A stretch of DNA of 64,000 bases from assembly GCA_000708835.1 (NCBI GenBank), contig DF237380.1:14673-78672 (forward strand). Direction: 5' to 3'. Positions within the stretch are counted from its first letter, which is position 1. Each line of letters opens with the position of its first letter. The notes under the pieces were generated by a model. That model ran no database searches and had not been told where the DNA came from. It saw only the letters and a list, made by a program, of their open reading frames with translations. Below, piece by piece: positions 50,701 to 63,742 of the stretch. The position numbers and the translations under genes were made by a program. Origin of the DNA: Klebsormidium nitens. Lineage: Eukaryota; Plantae; Klebsormidiophyceae.

Positions 50701-52324
50701 CTTGGGCTGTCACATTGGTAAAAGAGGGGCTGGAAAATTGTCCTAAGCTGTCTCAAACCACACTCTAAAGTAAAGAAAACTCATGCAGGACTGTGTTTCT
50801 CGGGCTTCATTCATTCAGCATTTGGATCTAGAAAAGTTCAGTGCCCCCTTCGAAGCACTTTCGTCTTGACATATTTTGTCTCAAAAGGCAAGCGGTAGGT
50901 GTAAACTGACTCCCTGCCTTCGGGTGACTCCAGTTCAGGGCCCGAATGGAAATGCTATCAGACGTGCAAACCGAGGTCACGTGCCTTTCTCTCAGCTGAC
51001 ACCAGGCCTGCTTCCACGGGCTGTGGATAGCCTCTTACCTGGAAGTCAGTGTCAGAGATGATGCTGAAGACCTCGTCACGCACGCCGTGCCAGTCGAAGT
51101 AAATGCCCCCGGGAGCCGAGAAGTGAGGGTCGCCGCAGAACCCTCCGCTGTACGTCTCTGCAAAGGGAGCACATGACATGAGCCAGTAGTGCCGGAGAAG
51201 AATGCTTGATTGAGCCGACGTACAGACTTCAGGATCAGTTGCATTCACGACCTTGCCCTAGTGGGACCCTGGTGAAGACAAGTGTGGTTTAAGTGAGGTT
51301 TCTCAATAGCGCGAAGGCATGTATGCATCTGAAAAGGGACAAGGGAGTGAAGTTATACGCCAACTCTAGGAGTTGCTGCTTGGCTTAGTTGTGTGCGTGC
51401 TGGGATGTGAGGATGGAGGTACAGGTTGCTCAAATTTTCTGGTCATGGGAACAAAGAAAGAAGCGATATTCTGCACGTAGCTGGGGTTCAAGACAATTCG
51501 AAGCTGGGGAAACCTGACCGACTATCAACCAAGTAATGGCTGCTTAATTAGCATCAAGGGATTCAAGGTCTCTGCGTGGATTTGAAGAGGCTGTGAGACA
51601 CCATGATGAAACAGACTAGTTAGAACGATACAAGTGAATGAGACACATCACCAGGCCCACAAAAGGAACCTTTCAGCACCTGCTAAGTAAATCTCTTTTC
51701 AAGTTGACATCTGGACACGCTTTATCTCAAGAGGTACTTTCCTGAGGCTCTGGTAGGTATTACAAATTCAAGAGTTGACAAAATAGGCTCTCCAGCCCCC
51801 CCTTTCCCCCCTGCTGAAGCTCTCCTACCAGTAGTAAAATGGTGACGATGAGCGTCAGTCCTTAGATTAATTAGCAGAACTAGACGGAGGAGAAGAAATT
51901 GACTTTTCTCAGGTCGCAAACAAGGGCGGTATGGTGACACAGGGAGGACTAGATATACAAATCTAGAAGGAGAAAAAAGCGTCGCAATTTGTTCAAGATA
52001 AAAGCTTTGGCTCACTGGGGTTGTCGCTGCTGCATGAATAGTCCTTGCACTCGAGCTTGATGCCAGTGGCGGTGACGGAGCATTTGGGGCAAGAGCCTCC
52101 GTCCAAGGTCAACTTGCCGCAGGCAATTGGGAACTTGTAGCAGCCCACAGTGACCTGGCTGCAGCTTTTTATGCCCTTCAGGTCGAGTGTCTTGTCGACC
52201 CCCGTGCACTTGAGCTCGTCGACGTCGTCACACGGGGCCATGTAGCCAATGTAGTTGGCGGTCGCAACGTGCGCGCGCCGAGCGCGAGCACCACGAGGAG
52301 CGCCGACAGCTGGCGGGACGCCAT
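47759..52324 (-). pseudogene. Root_cap/VWD-like protein, tandem copy 3; frameshift in the signal-peptide coding region
   Basis: All 7 exons are present with intact splice sites. There are 2 extra nt in a (GC)n run at 52271-52280 relative to paralogs (ctc ggc gcg CG cac gtt), so the ATG frame stops after about 50 codons. Confidence 0.75.
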
Positions 52325-52695
52325 GGGGAGAGCTGACGAGCGCAGGCGCACAGTTTCTGCGCTGAGAAGATGATAGGATGCCGTTCTGGCGAAGGATGGT
52401 GGCGCAGGATGAGCAGATGAAAGAGAAAGCGCTGGTTGATGAGGGGATGATGAGGGAGGCGACGTTGCAAGAAAGTTATTCTGAGAATGAGAGACCTTAG
52501 CTCAAAAGCTTGCAACGGAGACGTGAATCTAGCCAGACATATTGCGAGCTTGAAGTCTGTGATCGAACCACACCGCACTCTGATGCAACATGAGAAGCCT
52601 GGTGAACTCGTCGAGCTGGTGCTGGAGGCCGCGGCAGATAGGTAGCAGGCTATACCGAACTGGATCTGTACGTCACATCATTGCCGTTCTGGCCG

Positions 52696-52725
52696 TTTCT
52701 CCACCGGATTCCACGGCCCCACATG
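52696..52725. promoter_or_regulatory. Conserved upstream motif (copy 3)
   Basis: tttctccaccggattccacggccccacatg, about 380 bp upstream of the ATG. Confidence 0.5.
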
Positions 52726-54696
52726 ACGGCCGGCCGCACTTGGCAGATTACACAGCTGTCAGGGGTTCCCCGGTCACTTCAAAGTTCAAAACGGGCCAGC
52801 CGCTGAGCATGGCGCTGATCCGCTGGTGACCGGGGGCCGACCCTCCAGGGCCGACAGCGCCTTATATCACAGCATCGAGACGTTTGTGCATGTCGACAGT
52901 ATCCGTACTCACCCAGACGGTCCCGCCCGGGCTAAACCCCTCAATAAATGGCCGGGCTGATTGACAGTATTAGGTATGCAATTCGACGCCACCGGAATAG
53001 CGACTGCAGACTCTACTTTCGGCCTTAAGTAAGCCGAGCAGAGCGGTCACTGGTCGCCACTTGCGGTGGTTATCGTCGTTCCGACTTTTCGCAAAATTTG
53101 CCTATTAAATACTGATAAATTGCATGAGAACCTCGGCACTGGCTGCCCCGGGGCCTGACTCTTCGCGCGGCCGTGCCCAGCATGCAGCTAGAGGGCGCCC
53201 ACTCATGCAATCCATTACTAGTGTGGCGCTGAGTGACATTCCGATTGTCACATCATGCCCACACCATCTCTAGCTGGTGCAGTAGTACCAGTACCAGTTC
53301 TTTGTCCGGACCGGCCGGAGGCGCACCCTTCCACCCTGTTACCTCGAGGCCAATATTTACAGCTCTCCTCAACGGGACTCCTTAAGTCCAAGCAAGTCGA
53401 GCTAGGGCCAGGAGCTGGGCGCACCTTATCAAGCTGAGACGTCACGGGCCGGATTAATCAGTGCGCGTACGAATCATTCCAGATGGGACACACAGTGAAT
53501 ACAGTCGCCCCTTCGGCGGCCCGTCGCCGCCCGGGAGTGCATCATGGTCACACCATAGAATCAATGCATCTACTTTTAAGTTTTCCAACACTTGATCGAT
53601 CTGCCCACGCACACCTCAGGATGCATCATTAGCTTAAATCATCACATGTGCACTGGGTACTGCGGTACGCATGAGGTCTTGAGGTACTGACCTGCCAGAC
53701 CTCGGACGTTCTTAGTCTGTACCGCTTAGACCTTTACTTTCGTGATTGAATCGCACTATCTGTACATCACGGCATCAATTGTCGTCGATCCGTTGATGAG
53801 CCTTGGCTCCATGCTACGTACAGAATCAGTCACTTTTGAGGACTTTCCTGGACCACAAGCATGTGCGGTTTCCAGCCCGGCGGCCGAACTCGACCCATAT
53901 ATTTACATCACTCGAAGCATTTCGGCGCCAGGGCCTACTTTGACATCGTAGTTTGGCCCGGCCTCCCAAAATGTTTCTTCCAAGCGGCTCAGTGAAGACA
54001 AAAGTCCCGTGGGCCGGACAAAGTTGACATCGCAGATTCGACAATATTCACCAAAGCCTAAATTATCATTGGAGCACTAACCGACATGCAATTAGAACCA
54101 GGACCGTGCAGATCGATCAACATTGCTTCAATGGATGGTATGGTACGTACGAGTAGTTTGACGGCATCACCTCATCAACACCTTTTAACCCCCAATGATG
54201 GACTTGAAATGAAACCCCAGCTTGCACATGTGAGTGCAAACTTGCGGATCCGAACTCGATCAGCTCAGCACTCTGAAAGCTTTTAGGTTCAGAGACACTA
54301 TGTTTTCTGGACGAAGGGAACAAACTACGTTATCGTCGAGGTGCTCGTATCGTTCAAAGGACCAAAACTGTTGTACAAGCTTTCGAATCAGTTCTAATGA
54401 AGTGCCCTCGTTTCTCCTAACTCCAATAGTCGTCCGCCAATCTTCCTTCACCCTCAGTTGATTGATCACTTCCAAATAATCATGAATCTAGATCGAGCAG
54501 CTTGCAACCCTCAGTGCTGTCTGCTTCATCTGGTTTTTGGCTCATCTGGTTTACCCGCCAGCCATTCATCTGCTTTACCGCCAGCCATAATGACTACTTT
54601 ACAACATCAAAACAAACCGTTGCTGATAGCGTTGTTAGTCCCATAACCAGTCCTCTAACCAAGGTATGGCTATGCTCACTCGGTGATCTCCCGAAC

Positions 54697-57600
54697 TTAA
54701 GCGCAAACCAGCGACCCCCGATCCTGACTGCACTGCACGCCGAAGACCATGGTGACGTCTTCACCGTCGGGCACGCTCGCTGACGTCAGCATCTTGCGCG
54801 AGGCCTTGGCGCCGTCCTCGACGATGTTGAAGTTGCGCACGGTGACGCCAGCCGCCAGGTTGAACTGGTTGAACGTGCTGTCGTATGACGTCAGCGACTC
54901 GACGCGGTAGTCCGCCGTTTTGCCCTCCACCAGGAACTCGTGGCCCGTCGCGTTGGCCGTCACGGCGTTCCGGCGCTCGACGGCGTCCGGGCGGAACATC
55001 TGGCCCTGAGAGCGGAACGGAGTGAGGATAGGGTCAGTGGATTCTTGGAGACTGTGTTAAGTTTTTGATCTCTCAGATGAGCTTCTTGATCGGGACCCGG
55101 AAATCAAGGTTTGAAAGAGTCTGGTGAGCAAATGTAGTCAAGTCCAAACCTCTCGATCGAATGGCTTCACTCGCTGTACGTGAACTGAGATAGCATCGAA
55201 GTGCTGCAGAAACCAGGAACGGCGGAAAAGCATGCTTACACAGACAGTCTTACAAACCAACTTCGTCTTACTTGCTTAAATCTGCTGAAACTATTATTTC
55301 TGCCCTTACGACGAACGAGAAGGCTGTGCGTGACGGCTGCCCGACTTTCTTGAAGCGGCAATGAGGAGATGAAGGACGCTGACAAAAAGGCAGCGCACGT
55401 ACTTCTCAAGAAAGGGTGCTTGTCCAAATTGACGACGCCGCTCGACTTAGAGAGAGACGCGGAGAGACGGCCACGTGGCTTACCAGGACGCCGTGAGCGT
55501 GGCGGGAGAGGGTGAGGCTCTCCATGTCCATGTCGAGGTATTTGCCGAGGGGGTCCAACTAGAGAGGGCGAGGGAAAGAGGATTCAGTACCGGGCAGATT
55601 CTTAAAGTCTGGATAGCCGTCAATTGTACGAGAGCGTTCTTAAGCGAACAAAAGGAGGTAAAAACCCTCCTTTACCTCGCTTCTGTAAGGGAATCAGAAG
55701 CGGGAATGTCAGAGCCAACGGAATCGCGGAAGTTGACTTCGAAAGCGGCAGTCGGACGACGGAAAGGATCACGAGCTTGCGCACGACCTGTCAAGCAAGG
55801 TGTTTGGCAAGCCGAAGTCTCCGACGAGTCAGGGAAATTTTAGAATTAGAGTAAGTGCACGGAATCCCCACAGAAGCGAACGCCAGGGCGCACCTGGATG
55901 CGGCTCTCAACACGGGGTTTGAACGTGGCTTTGAAGAGGCCGTCGATGTTGATGCGGGCGTGCGCGCGCATGTGGGGCTCGCGCGTGATGGTCGCCCGGC
56001 CGTCAGGAGACATCCACGTGTACTCGGCGGTGCCCTGCACGGTTGAGGAGCGGGGTTAAGCTTAAGGTGCCGCTGACAATCATAAGCTGGTGTGTCCTCT
56101 GAAGCCGAGAAACGCGAAAGACAGGTGTGTTTCGCTGACCGCTAGAAGGGAAGGCAGATTCAGGAATTGTTCGATGAGACTCCCCATTGGAGCGTTCTTT
56201 GATCTCCCTCTGGAGAGCGTCTGGGAGCATCTGGCAGGGTTTCCGGAATGGTGGAGAAGCCGCGCAATACTGAGCGCAATCCTTTAGACGGGATAGACCG
56301 CTTCACTCAGTAAGTTTTCTGGGATAGTGCACGAAGGAGCACTTTCTAAGGGAGTGGCGGGCTCAAGTATCAGCATCTACTGCAGAGAAGGGTATCTTGA
56401 GTGCTGCTTAGAAGTGACCGACGGCTGAGAAAATTCAGCGCCTAGGAGCGAGCCAAATCGAGCTACCCGCACGGGATAGGGGAAAGAGAACTTGACACAA
56501 GCTTTGGCAGGGGACGAGGAACTCCGCGTCATCCTCCAGGGACTGTGTCAAAGGCAGAGCAAGAGCCAGCGTTCAGAAAAGTTTCTTCAAGCAGAAGGAT
56601 ATTTAGTGGATTCATGGAGCGGGCCGCAAATGCGTGTCATGAATACGGAGCAGATGGACACTAAGAAGCCGAACTTACCGAGCCGACTGGGATGTCCTCT
56701 CCGTCAAAGGTGAAGAAGAAGACATCAGCAGCCTCGAACTCCTTCTCCTGGTCGATGCCAATGCTCACAAAGTGGGTCGCGCCAGACTCGTCCTTGTAAA
56801 CCATGCCCATCTCCTGCAAAGATGGGGGTAACCAACCGGTTCAAATGCAAACGCGTCCGACTTGACCTAAGGAAAAACTCGACCGACTTTTTGTGATAGG
56901 AAGCAGGGCATCAGCGGAGGGAGAGGACTCCACTAGGGGCGTTGCTATTGTCCCAGTCCAAACAGGCACTGTTGACAAGCATGGGAAACACAGAAGGAAC
57001 TGTTGACGTCCATCAAGCGGAGTCTATCGAGGGTTGTTTCCCAGCTGGCTCCGGTCATCAGGATCCGCAAGAGGCCAGCTATGCTGGACTAAATGCGCCC
57101 AGAGAGTCAACTTCTATCTCCTGACAGAAGGGTAGCGGGTATATCCCTCAGAGAAGGACGTGTCCTCACCTCGATCCAGGTGCCGTGCTCGATGCTCTCC
57201 GTGTTGGTGCGCTCACCGATAAAGCGGGCATTCAGCTGCAAGACAGAAGAAAAGCGCTGATTACTTTCCTTGACCAGACTAAAGCGGAAGCCTTTCAAGG
57301 CAAGAGCACGAAGAACACCGTAGACATTGATAGGAGAGCCAACAAGCTCAAAGTTTGTACAGCTTTTAAGGGTTTACGATGCAATGGATAGTGGATGAGG
57401 GGACTTCAACAAGAGAGTAAGACCGGGCTACCCAAAGCAAGTACGACCGGGCTACCCAAAGCAAACAGTCCTGTTGGGCAAGAGGTTTGCTTTAAGACCC
57501 TAAGACCCTAAAAGCTTAAGAGCCTAAACCCTGAACAAAGGGGCAGGATGCCAGCTGCCATGTTATGGGGCTTTTCTGCTGAGGTTTTCTGCCAGAGCTG

Positions 57601-59206
57601 GGGCAGTGCTAGTCATGAAAGTGTGCTGGGAGCTGCTTCCAGAATGTCCTCGAATCTTGAATGGGAGTCAGCGATCAGCATTGTGCTTCACAGACCTCAA
57701 TGCTTATCCAGCATTTGAGTCCAAAGAGACCGCAGTGCCCCCGATGAAGCCCTCCATCTAGAAAACCGTCAGAAGGCAAGCAGTACGGATGAAGAAGCTG
57801 TATCTAACTCCCTGCCAGGCCAGCCCACTTCGAGAAGAAACTTTGCAAACCTTGTAAACCGAGTGTTGATGTTCTCCTCTGTTTTGACACCAGGCCTCTT
57901 TTGACACCATGCCTGCTTTCTCAGGGTTTGGACAGTCTCTCACCTGGAAGTCGGTGTCAGAGATGATGCTGAAGACCTGGTCCCGCACGCCGTGCCAGTC
58001 AAAGTAGATGCCCCCAGGCGCCGAGAAGTGGGGGTCGCCGCACACTCCACTGGGGCTGTATGCAACTGCAAATAGACGAGGAGTGAGTCAGTGTTGCAAA
58101 GGTTTGACTGCTTTGGGCTGTGCTTGGAAGACCCTGCCAAAATGAAGAGTGTAGAGTTTGGACTGTTGTGTTTTGTGTGACTTTCCCACAGAGTTCCAAA
58201 CCTTATAGCTGGACACACTGATCGAGACATTGTGGCCCAATCTGACGTTTGCTGGCTTTACTGTGAACCTGCTTGGCGATAGCTATGTCGTTGGACAATG
58301 ATATTGCTTGACAATCCTGGTCAGACAGGGAAGAGGTCCTGATGGGAATGGAACAGGCGCTGAGCACAGACACAAGTAGTGACATTGCTGGAGCTGAAAA
58401 CAGCCATGGGGAAATGTCAGCTCAATCACTCAGCACGGACTGCATAGCATAAGCCACAGTATGAGGTTAGAAGGTTGACAAGATACCAGACTCAATGGAG
58501 TAGCTCGATGGAGGTCAAAGGTTCTGGTCCAACTTAGAAACATTCCCATTGGCTGTGGCAGCAGTCCAGCTCTGTTCCCAGATGTATCTGCTCAGCATCT
58601 GGAGAGGCTCTGATGACTCAAGAAGCCAGAGTTTCTAGGAAGGAGCTCTCAGCTCCTCAGGGCCTAACCCCTTCTTCTGCTGCTTGCCGCTTGACTGGGA
58701 GGGCCACCGGATTGCTCAGGTCAAGGACTGGCAATGCTGTGGACCTTTCAAAGGGCTGAAAGACTTGGAGTTCAGAGAGTAACAGGAATGAGAAGTTTTT
58801 CAAAACTGGCTGGTTTGATATGCAGCCAGCTCAGCAACGCGCGGTCACGAGCAATGCAAAACTCTAGAAATGATGGATCTTGATGGGGGAGCTTACTGGG
58901 GTTGGGGTTGGAGCACGTGCCCGACGTCGAACAGCTGATCGTGACGCTCTGGCCATTGTCCTTGCACGACGGGCACGAGGTGTCCTTGGCCCCGCACGTG
59001 TCCCCGCTCCCGTAGCTCTTGTAGCAGCCGACGGTCACCTGGTTGCAGCTCGTGATGAGCGTCGTCGTCACGGTCCCGTAGGCCCCGTAACATTTGAGGG
59101 AGTTGATGCCGACGCACGGGGCGATGATGCCAATGTAGGTGGCGGTCGCAGCTTGGGCGGTCAGGGCGAGCACCAGGAGGAGGATGGACAGCTGGCGGGG
59201 CGCCAT
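54697..59206 (-). CDS. Root_cap/VWD-like secreted protein, tandem copy 4 (7 exons, apparently intact)
   Basis: MAPRQLSILLLVLALTAQAATA; 9-Cys exon; CGDPHFSAPGG at about 58030; the remaining exons match the paralogs and end GSLVCA*. Confidence 0.85.
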
Positions 59207-59629
59207 TGGGACAGCTGGCGGGCGCCGGGCTGGCAGGTGTTGAGCTGGGGAAATGAGAGGATGCCACTGGCCGGCGAGGGATGATACAGAGGGATGGTAT
59301 AAAGGGTTGATATGGCGGCGCAGAAGAAGCCCAAGAGAGAGCGCTGGATGATAAGGAAGGCGTTGACCTGTGTGTGAGGTATGTCAGTCAGACTATCCGT
59401 GAAGATTGAGCGCCCGCCTCAGGCACAGGCCAACGTAACGGAGCCAATACATGCCCTAGTAGTACGGTAAATTAGTGCAGGGCGTTGCGCCAGATAGGAA
59501 ACCGTACATCAAAAGTTAATAACTTGTCCTTGGTCTGGCTGCCTGGCACCCAATAATCTGATTCTTCCTAAATTCTGTTTACTCCTTGCCCATCGGAGGC
59601 CAATAACAACTCCCAAGCTTTCAAGCGCC

Positions 59630-59660
59630 TTTCTCCTTTCCGGATCCCACGCCCCACATG
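59630..59660. promoter_or_regulatory. Conserved upstream motif (copy 4)
   Basis: tttctcctttccggatcccacgccccacatg, about 435 bp upstream of the ATG. Confidence 0.5.
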
Positions 59661-61779
59661 GCAGAACAGCCAGAGACTTAAGGTGGACTACCTTGGTGGA
59701 CTAAGTGGACTGCCTGGCGCTCTGAATCTGATGCAATTGCGGATAATTGCAATTATCCGCAACAGGTACCGTCACCGGCGTAGGTACCTCTGAGAGTGCA
59801 AGTTGGAGCCCGGTTTTCAACAGCCGCCAAGAGAACCGGGCCGATAAGGGACCCCGGGCGGGACCCGCCGGCTGCTTGGCCAGCGCAGAAATGGCGGCCG
59901 GTAAATCCAAATGCCAGCTACCGAGCCAACAGAACCGGGTGGGGCGCCAGCAGCTGGCCGGCCGGGACGACCTTCCCGCATGGGAACCCAGTTACCCAGG
60001 GGCCAGGTGGCAAGCTGCAATTCAGGGACCTTGCAATTATGCTGTTGACACCATCCGTACACTCCGGGCCTGACATTTAAGGGCGCTGAGACGCGGGCAG
60101 AGACGCGGGCTCTGTACTTTAAGCCTGAAGGTGTACACTGTACCTACATCATGCAGAGCGCGGGCGTTGTATAGGCATCCTGTCACGGTGATACTGTGCG
60201 CGAGCGACAGAACGATTCGTGTCCGTGGCTCGGCCGTCGCCGTAAAAGCACGGACATGCCAGTGCATGAGCCCTCAAACTTATGCAAGTTTTCAGGAGCC
60301 TCAGACTCGGGGTTGCGAGAGAGCGCATCGTCGCATCTTACAGAAGAGGCAAAACATCACCCGAAAGGTCTTGAATCACGCGCGCGACTCGTCAAGATTC
60401 AATCTGTTCGGTTCGCGCGAACCCGGCGTCCCTTCGCTGCCCCGGGCTTTTGACCAGATTATATTGGATCCAGCTAAATTTACTATACAGGTAGTCTGAT
60501 CAGTATTAATGTCGTTTTTTTGCTTGTACATTATCTGCATGCCATGCCCCGCCATGCTGCTGTCCCGCCGTCAATATTGTACTCGACCTAGTAAGTTTGG
60601 CGCAAGGGGCACTAGTCATGCTTTTTATTTCTTGTAGTTGACCTAATATCGAGGCAGATTCTGGGTAATTAGTACTCACCAAGGAATATAACGGAACCAA
60701 TCCACAGACGTCATTACTGCACGCTCCTCATTGACTCGATACTGGCTGGATGGCCCCGTTTCTATATACTTGCATGGATTTATCCCTTATCGAATCCGTG
60801 ACGTCTGTCGCCCATCCGAGTTTTGGGAGCCAACTACTTCAGGTTGTGAAACATCAATTCTTAACAGTACGACCTGAATCAGTATAATTAGTACGGCTCT
60901 TGAAGTAGTACGGCAATCAAGTAACTTGCGCCTCAGTGACAACAAGAACAACTTGAAGTTCTGTGTTTTGAGCAGAATGATTGCCCCAAATCAACCCTTA
61001 TGGATCAAGGGTAAACCATCCCAACTTCAGTCCGCGGACCACTACTGAGGTCCCGAACGCACTTCGTCTGACGGCTCGCTGGCCTTAGCTAGTAATCTTA
61101 GTAAGGTCGCGCTTCAATTGAAAGTGTTCCCTTCAGATATAACGGCTCATTAATTGCAGCAGTGGACACTTTAACAACATCTGTACCAACATTGGACCAG
61201 CACATGGTTCATGTCTCAGAAACATCATCACGATTCAAGACAAGTAGTTCATGGGAGTGCCAAGTGATGGTGACGTCGACTCGGATGATGCAGGTTTTGC
61301 AGAGATATTCTGGCGCACAATCGACCTGAAAAACTTGAATAATCAATCTCCAACTCGTTTAAGAGCTGGTTGCAACGGTCAGCACGGGCAAATCCTTTGG
61401 GTGTCCTCACGAAGGGATGTTATAGTACGTCCTGAAAGGCTACAACATGCAAACCACCGTAAAGGTGCCAGTTCTCGTACCAATCAGAGTACGACAGTGT
61501 TCCAAGAGTCATCGAATCAGCTAGGGGTCTCGTTCTGTCGGCATCGTCCACCAAACGTCTTATAGTCCGCCTGAGTCAACTGAACCTACAGATTGAGGCA
61601 CCGGACATCAGCCTGCGATCATCTGGTTCAGGTCGGGTTCATCTATTTACCCGCCAGCCATGATGAAATGACTAAAATAAAACAGTAAAACAAACCGCTG
61701 CTGATACGAGTTGTTACTCCCAACTTAACCACTGTTTCTCTAACCCCAAACCGCTCTGCTGACTCCGCGGCCTCCCGGC

Positions 61780-63742
61780 TCAGGCGCAGACCAACGACCC
61801 CCGGTCCTGGCTGCACCGGGCGCTGACGATCGTGCTGCCATCCGCGCCGGGCAAGCCGCTCGCTGACGTCAGCATCTTGCGCGCCGCCAACTTGGCGCCG
61901 TCCTCGATGACGTTGAAGTTGCGCACGGTGACGCCCGCCGCCAGGTTGAACTGGTTGAAGGTGCTGTCATATGACGTCAGCGAGGAGACGCGGTAGTCGG
62001 CGGTTTTGCCCTCCACCAGGAACTCGTGGCCGGTCAGGTTGGTCGTGACGGCGTTCTTCCGCTCAATAATGTCGGGGCGGAACATCTGGCCCTGCAGCGG
62101 AACCGGAACGAGGCGGATCTCAGTGAACGGCAACACAAGGGGGGACGAACGAAATGGATCGCAGCCTCGGCCCTGCGGAAGCAAAGACCGATGAAAAAGG
62201 AAGGCTTCGGTCGCAGCTTTCGAGTCTGCAGAATACTTGGGTCCTGAGGAAAGAGATACCGACCTGGTTACTATTAGCTGAGAGACTGCAGTCAAAGCGC
62301 TAGGCGTTCCGAAATCCGGTTGTGATTACCCGCTCGTAATGCCCACCGCGAGAGAGCTTGCAGCGCCACCAGCCAAGGACATTGTCACAATGATTGCAAA
62401 CGACTCGTCTTTCCCGCTCACTATTGTGGGCTTCGATAGTCATACTGGTAACTCCGGGATGACTTAACGGGTGAGTGACTTAAGATTCACAACTCCCGAC
62501 CAAACAAACTAAAAAAGCTAACCCAGATAATCACCCGCTCCGCACCCGAACCCACCCTAACCACCATGCTAACCCCACCCGTCCTCCGGGTGCCTATCTT
62601 AAGTCACCCCGCTGTTAAGTCACTCTCTAAATACCAGACTTTGATAGTCCCTTTATTAGAACAGCGCAATGATCGTGAAATCGTGGGGGGACACGTAGCT
62701 TACCAGGACGCCGTGGGAGTGGCGGGAGATGGCGAGGGTGTCCATGTCCATGTCGAGGTACTTGCCGAGGGGGTCCAACTAGAGAGGGCAAGGAAAAGAA
62801 AGCGTCAGAACAGCAGATGTAGAAGTTCGAGGAAAGACAGACTCGCGTTCAAAGCGCGAGAGGCGGAAAGAGCGTCAGAGGAGCAGATGCAAAGCTTCGA
62901 GGGAGGGGAAGAAGGTTTATAGGGCGCGCAGAGCAACTTTCGTGCGCCGGAGTCTATCGGACGCAGGCAGCGGTTGTCCGACGCAAAGTAAATGGTTTCA
63001 GACATAGGAGCAATCCGCCACCAAAGACAGCTTTAAATGAATTGTAAGCGCAGCCCGATACAAGAGCGCGTAGCTTTTTCCGATCAAAGCGCGTACCTGG
63101 ATGCGGCTCTCGATCCGAGGGAAGAAGGTGGCCTTAAAGAGGCCCTCAATCTCCACGTGAGCGAAGGCGCGCTTGTGCGCTTCGCGCGTGATGGTCGCCC
63201 GGCTGTCGGGGGAGGTCCACGTGTACTCGGCGGTGCCCTGCGCAGTTAGTAGACACGGTTAAAGTGAAAAGCTATATCCGAAACCTGAAATTGCATGGTT
63301 GGGTGCTTTGAGAAGCTGTTCAAAAGCTGTGGGAAGTTTAGCTTCGACTTTCCATTCTTTCGAGCGGCCTCAAGAAAGCAGAATTCTGCATAGCAAGACG
63401 AGTTCCAAAGAACAAAGCCACCTGACCCGACAACGGATGCTCGAACAAGTCAAATATCAGGTTGATGGATCTTCTTTTGAAACAAGTCTTAGGAAAGCGC
63501 CGTCTTTGTGACAAAGTGTCAGTATGTTCCAATAACCCGGATCGACAGGAGCTTTTTTTTGAGAGGCATAAATGCAAGCATTTCCACGAGATTTAAAGTG
63601 GAGCTTAGCGAGCCGACTGGGATGTCCTCTCCGTCGAAGGTGAAGAAGAAGACGTCAGCAGCCTCAAACTCCTTCTCCTGGTCGATCCCAACTGTCACGA
63701 AGTGGGTGACGCCAGACTCGTTGTTGTAACCCATGCCCACTT
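61780..63742 (-). CDS. Root_cap/VWD-like protein, tandem copy 5 (exons 4-7 only; 5' part lies beyond the window; exon-4 donor mutated)
   Basis: EVGMGYNNESG...DIPVGS, GTAEYTW, LDPLGKYLD and GQMFRPDIIE...GSLVCA* are present. The donor reads CTAAG instead of GTAAG at 63608. Confidence 0.75.

Noticed and set aside
31040-53070. TGGTCGCCA 9-mer in three intergenic regions (about 31053, 37805, 53051)
   Set aside because: Orientation is inconsistent and flanking similarity is weak; may be chance.
54260-54475. ORF fragments with an F-box/LRR-like feel (also 61251-61565, EIFWRTIDL)
   Set aside because: Too short and degenerate to assign without a database search.
59800-60030. GC-rich stretch with CCCGGTT/AACCGGG inverted motifs as a possible MITE
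   Set aside because: No clear terminal inverted repeats or target-site duplication.
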